Virus record (IMG/VR): IMGVR_UViG_3300037634_006328 | Coordinates: 1-58,428 of that record | Source of the DNA: a virus | Taxonomy: Duplodnaviria > Caudoviricetes | Reading direction: 5' to 3' (one strand) | Length of the DNA stretch: 58,428 nt | Shown: positions 56,747 to 58,428 of the stretch, piece after piece | Layout: each line of letters begins with the position of its first letter | How positions within the stretch are numbered: the first letter of the stretch is position 1 | The notes under the pieces: generated by a model | Database searches by the model: none | The model's input: only the letters and a program-made list of their open reading frames with translations | Told to the model about the DNA's origin: nothing | Made by a program: the position numbers and the translations under genes

Positions 56747-56965
56747 GCGACCCGTGGCAGCCGCCCCTAGCTCGTCCATGCCAGGACACCCGCGAGCCGC
56801 TAGGACGCCAGCACGACCCCGTGACGGGCGCTACAGAGCCTGCCCCGCCTTCCCGAGACCTGACACCGACCACCAGCCCGAGACCAACCTGTAAAGAGGT
56901 TGTCAAGAGGGTTGACAAGTGCGGTCATCGTGATACATTATGAGTAGGAAAAGGGGAGAACTTTT

Positions 56966-57637
56966 ATGAAGTACAGCGCATCCAACGCCATGTCTCGCGC
57001 AGCCCTGATCGGCGAAATGCGTGCAGTGCTCGAAAAGGCAGGTTTCGCCAAACTTCCCGACGAAACTCGCCGAACCAGACATGGCCGGACCTTCCAGATC
57101 GAAGATCGATATGTCCGCAGCATTGACGAGAAGCGTCGTGTCATTGTGTACACGTCGATCGCAAACAACGACATTCGCAAGAAGGGTGCCGATGCCATTC
57201 GGATCCTTTCGCAGTTGAGTATTGAAGGGGACTTCGATCGCGTTGTTTGTCTGTCTAAGGAGTCCCGTGTCAATCGTGTGGGAAAGGTCAAGGCAATCGC
57301 TGGTCGTATGATCGACCGTATGCGGAATGTATGGGGCGAGACCATAAAGCTGGGGAGTTGCCCCCATTGTAATACCACCATGGCCCTTTCAAAGCAGGGT
57401 AAGGCGTTCTGCGCTATCCGCTGTTGGCTCCGAAAAGAAGTCCAGATGCCGAACATTGGTCAGATGATTGTTTCCGAATGGGGCGATGATCGTCCGGCAG
57501 AGTACGCAATTATTCAAGGCGTGCGAATCAGCAAAGATTTCACGAACTACGATATCAGAACATTCAAAGTTCGGGAGCAAATTCAAACCTCTTGGTATTC
57601 TCTCGCGACTCTCCATCGGATGCGCCGCATTGTGTAA
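56966..57637 (+). CDS. hypothetical protein with Zn ribbon and a KOW-like tail
   Basis: CPHC...CAIRC, then MPNIGQMIV; follows a promoter module and GGGGAG RBS. Confidence 0.6.
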   Translation: MKYSASNAMSRAALIGEMRAVLEKAGFAKLPDETRRTRHGRTFQIEDRYVRSIDEKRRVIVYTSIANNDIRKKGADAIRILSQLSIEGDFDRVVCLSKESRVNRVGKVKAIAGRMIDRMRNVWGETIKLGSCPHCNTTMALSKQGKAFCAIRCWLRKEVQMPNIGQMIVSEWGDDRPAEYAIIQGVRISKDFTNYDIRTFKVREQIQTSWYSLATLHRMRRIV

Positions 57638-57739
57638 ACGGTTTGTCAAGGCATGGCGATCGTCGTTGACAAACCGTGTCAGCGTGATACATTATATGTG
57701 TAAGAAGAAAAGAAAAAACCCTTTTTTAAGGAAAGCGAA

Positions 57740-58428
57740 ATGAGCGATTTTGTTCGCCCGACGTTCAACATGAGCCGACACCTTGTGAAGCTACTTCACG
57801 ATGAGCCGTTTTTCGCCGCGATCTCTCGTCGCGTCAACAAGTGTTCGTCTACGTCGATCCCAACTGCCGGCGTTCGCGTGAACAAGCATACTTGCCAGTT
57901 TGAGATGGTATACAACCCAAAATTCATGCAAAAGTTGGTAGACAATCTCTGTGATGCCTACGATGCGGCTGATTCTACCGGCAAGTCCGAAATACTTAAC
58001 AAGATTGGCGCTAAGAGTTGGTCGCAAATGACTGCAATTACACACGTTAAGGGTGTACTTATGCATGAATTCTACCACCTCGTGTACCGGCATGTAACTT
58101 CTAGACTTCAAACGCCAGAAATTACGAAAGAGTGGAACTATGCGACTGACCTTGCAATTAACTCCGGAATTCCCGGCCTACTTCCCGAAACGTGTCTGCT
58201 TCCGGGACGCGGGTTGTTTGAAAGCTTGCCACTGCACAAGTCCGCCGAATGGTACCTACATCACGGACGCAAAGAGATTGAAGAGGCGATCGAAAAGCAG
58301 GAAGGCCAACAAGGCAAGGGTGAGCCCGGAGACGGAGACGGCCAATTTGACAGTCATGAAGGCTGGGCAGCCGGCGACGAAGACAGCGACGGGTCGCCCG
58401 ATGAAGGTCTTTCCGATGCATATGAGAT
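57740..58428 (+). CDS. DUF2201-like metallopeptidase (vWA partner of the AAA ATPase), truncated by window end
   Basis: EPFFA, IPTAGV, VLMHEFYHLV (HExxH), WNYATDLAIN, SAEWY, FDSHEGW; no stop before the window end. Confidence 0.8.
   Translation, partial: MSDFVRPTFNMSRHLVKLLHDEPFFAAISRRVNKCSSTSIPTAGVRVNKHTCQFEMVYNPKFMQKLVDNLCDAYDAADSTGKSEILNKIGAKSWSQMTAITHVKGVLMHEFYHLVYRHVTSRLQTPEITKEWNYATDLAINSGIPGLLPETCLLPGRGLFESLPLHKSAEWYLHHGRKEIEEAIEKQEGQQGKGEPGDGDGQFDSHEGWAAGDEDSDGSPDEGLSDAYE

Larger units (their letters stand above)
42067..57693 (+). repeat. family of about 21 repeated promoter modules: (TTGACA boxes)n-T(T/C)GACA-N16-TACATTAT
   Basis: -35 boxes at 42067, 43953, 44330, 45474, 46081, 46733, 47322, 47808, 48821, 49286, 50308, 51098, 51596, 52331, 53069, 53689, 54126, 54418, 54514, 56912 and 57666, each 16 nt before TA(C/T)ATT; many share CAGCGTGATACATTATATGTGTA. 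Confidence 0.9.

Noticed and set aside
56835-56870. SRP RNA on the minus strand (TCAGGTCTCGGGAAGG...GCAGG)
   Set aside because: Only a loose resemblance to the helix-8 motif, and the flanking pairing does not fit.
1-58428. Stop-codon reassignment
   Set aside because: Genes are intact under code 11, TAA, TAG and TGA all end conserved genes, and no suppressor tRNA was found.

Overview
A 58 kb piece of a large, probably lytic, T4-like or jumbo myophage genome. Every credible gene is on the + strand. From left to right: baseplate genes (1-3.7 kb); a replication and nucleotide block (compact family-A DNA polymerase, divergent tubulin/FtsZ-like GTPase, gp32-like SSB, RecA/UvsX, 5'-3' exonuclease, DnaB helicase, class II RNR, GroES, ThyX, DnaE, pyrimidine-dimer glycosylase, dUTPase, Dam-type MTase, IMPDH/GMPR); late and proteostasis genes (ClpP, M15 endolysin, GroEL, NUDIX, vWA lipoprotein, trypsin protease, HAD PMM, NTase); and a 17 kb accessory region. 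That region holds 8 tRNAs, a tmRNA, many small ORFs and about 21 repeated sigma70-like promoter modules. The most unusual items are: (i) five consecutive small ORFs at 15.77-16.96 kb, each ending in an identical 16-bp repeat (GGAGAGCGAAGAATGA) that encodes ESEE-stop and also supplies the next gene's RBS and start, like a cassette array; (ii) promoter modules with stacked TTGAC boxes that repeatedly supply the upstream gene's stop codon; (iii) several unannotated, highly paired intergenic RNA candidates (49.5-49.7 kb, 51.9-52.3 kb, 56.7-56.8 kb); (iv) a divergent tubulin beside a minimal PolA; (v) a deaminase whose start is out of frame. All calls come from motif recognition by eye; no searches were run.
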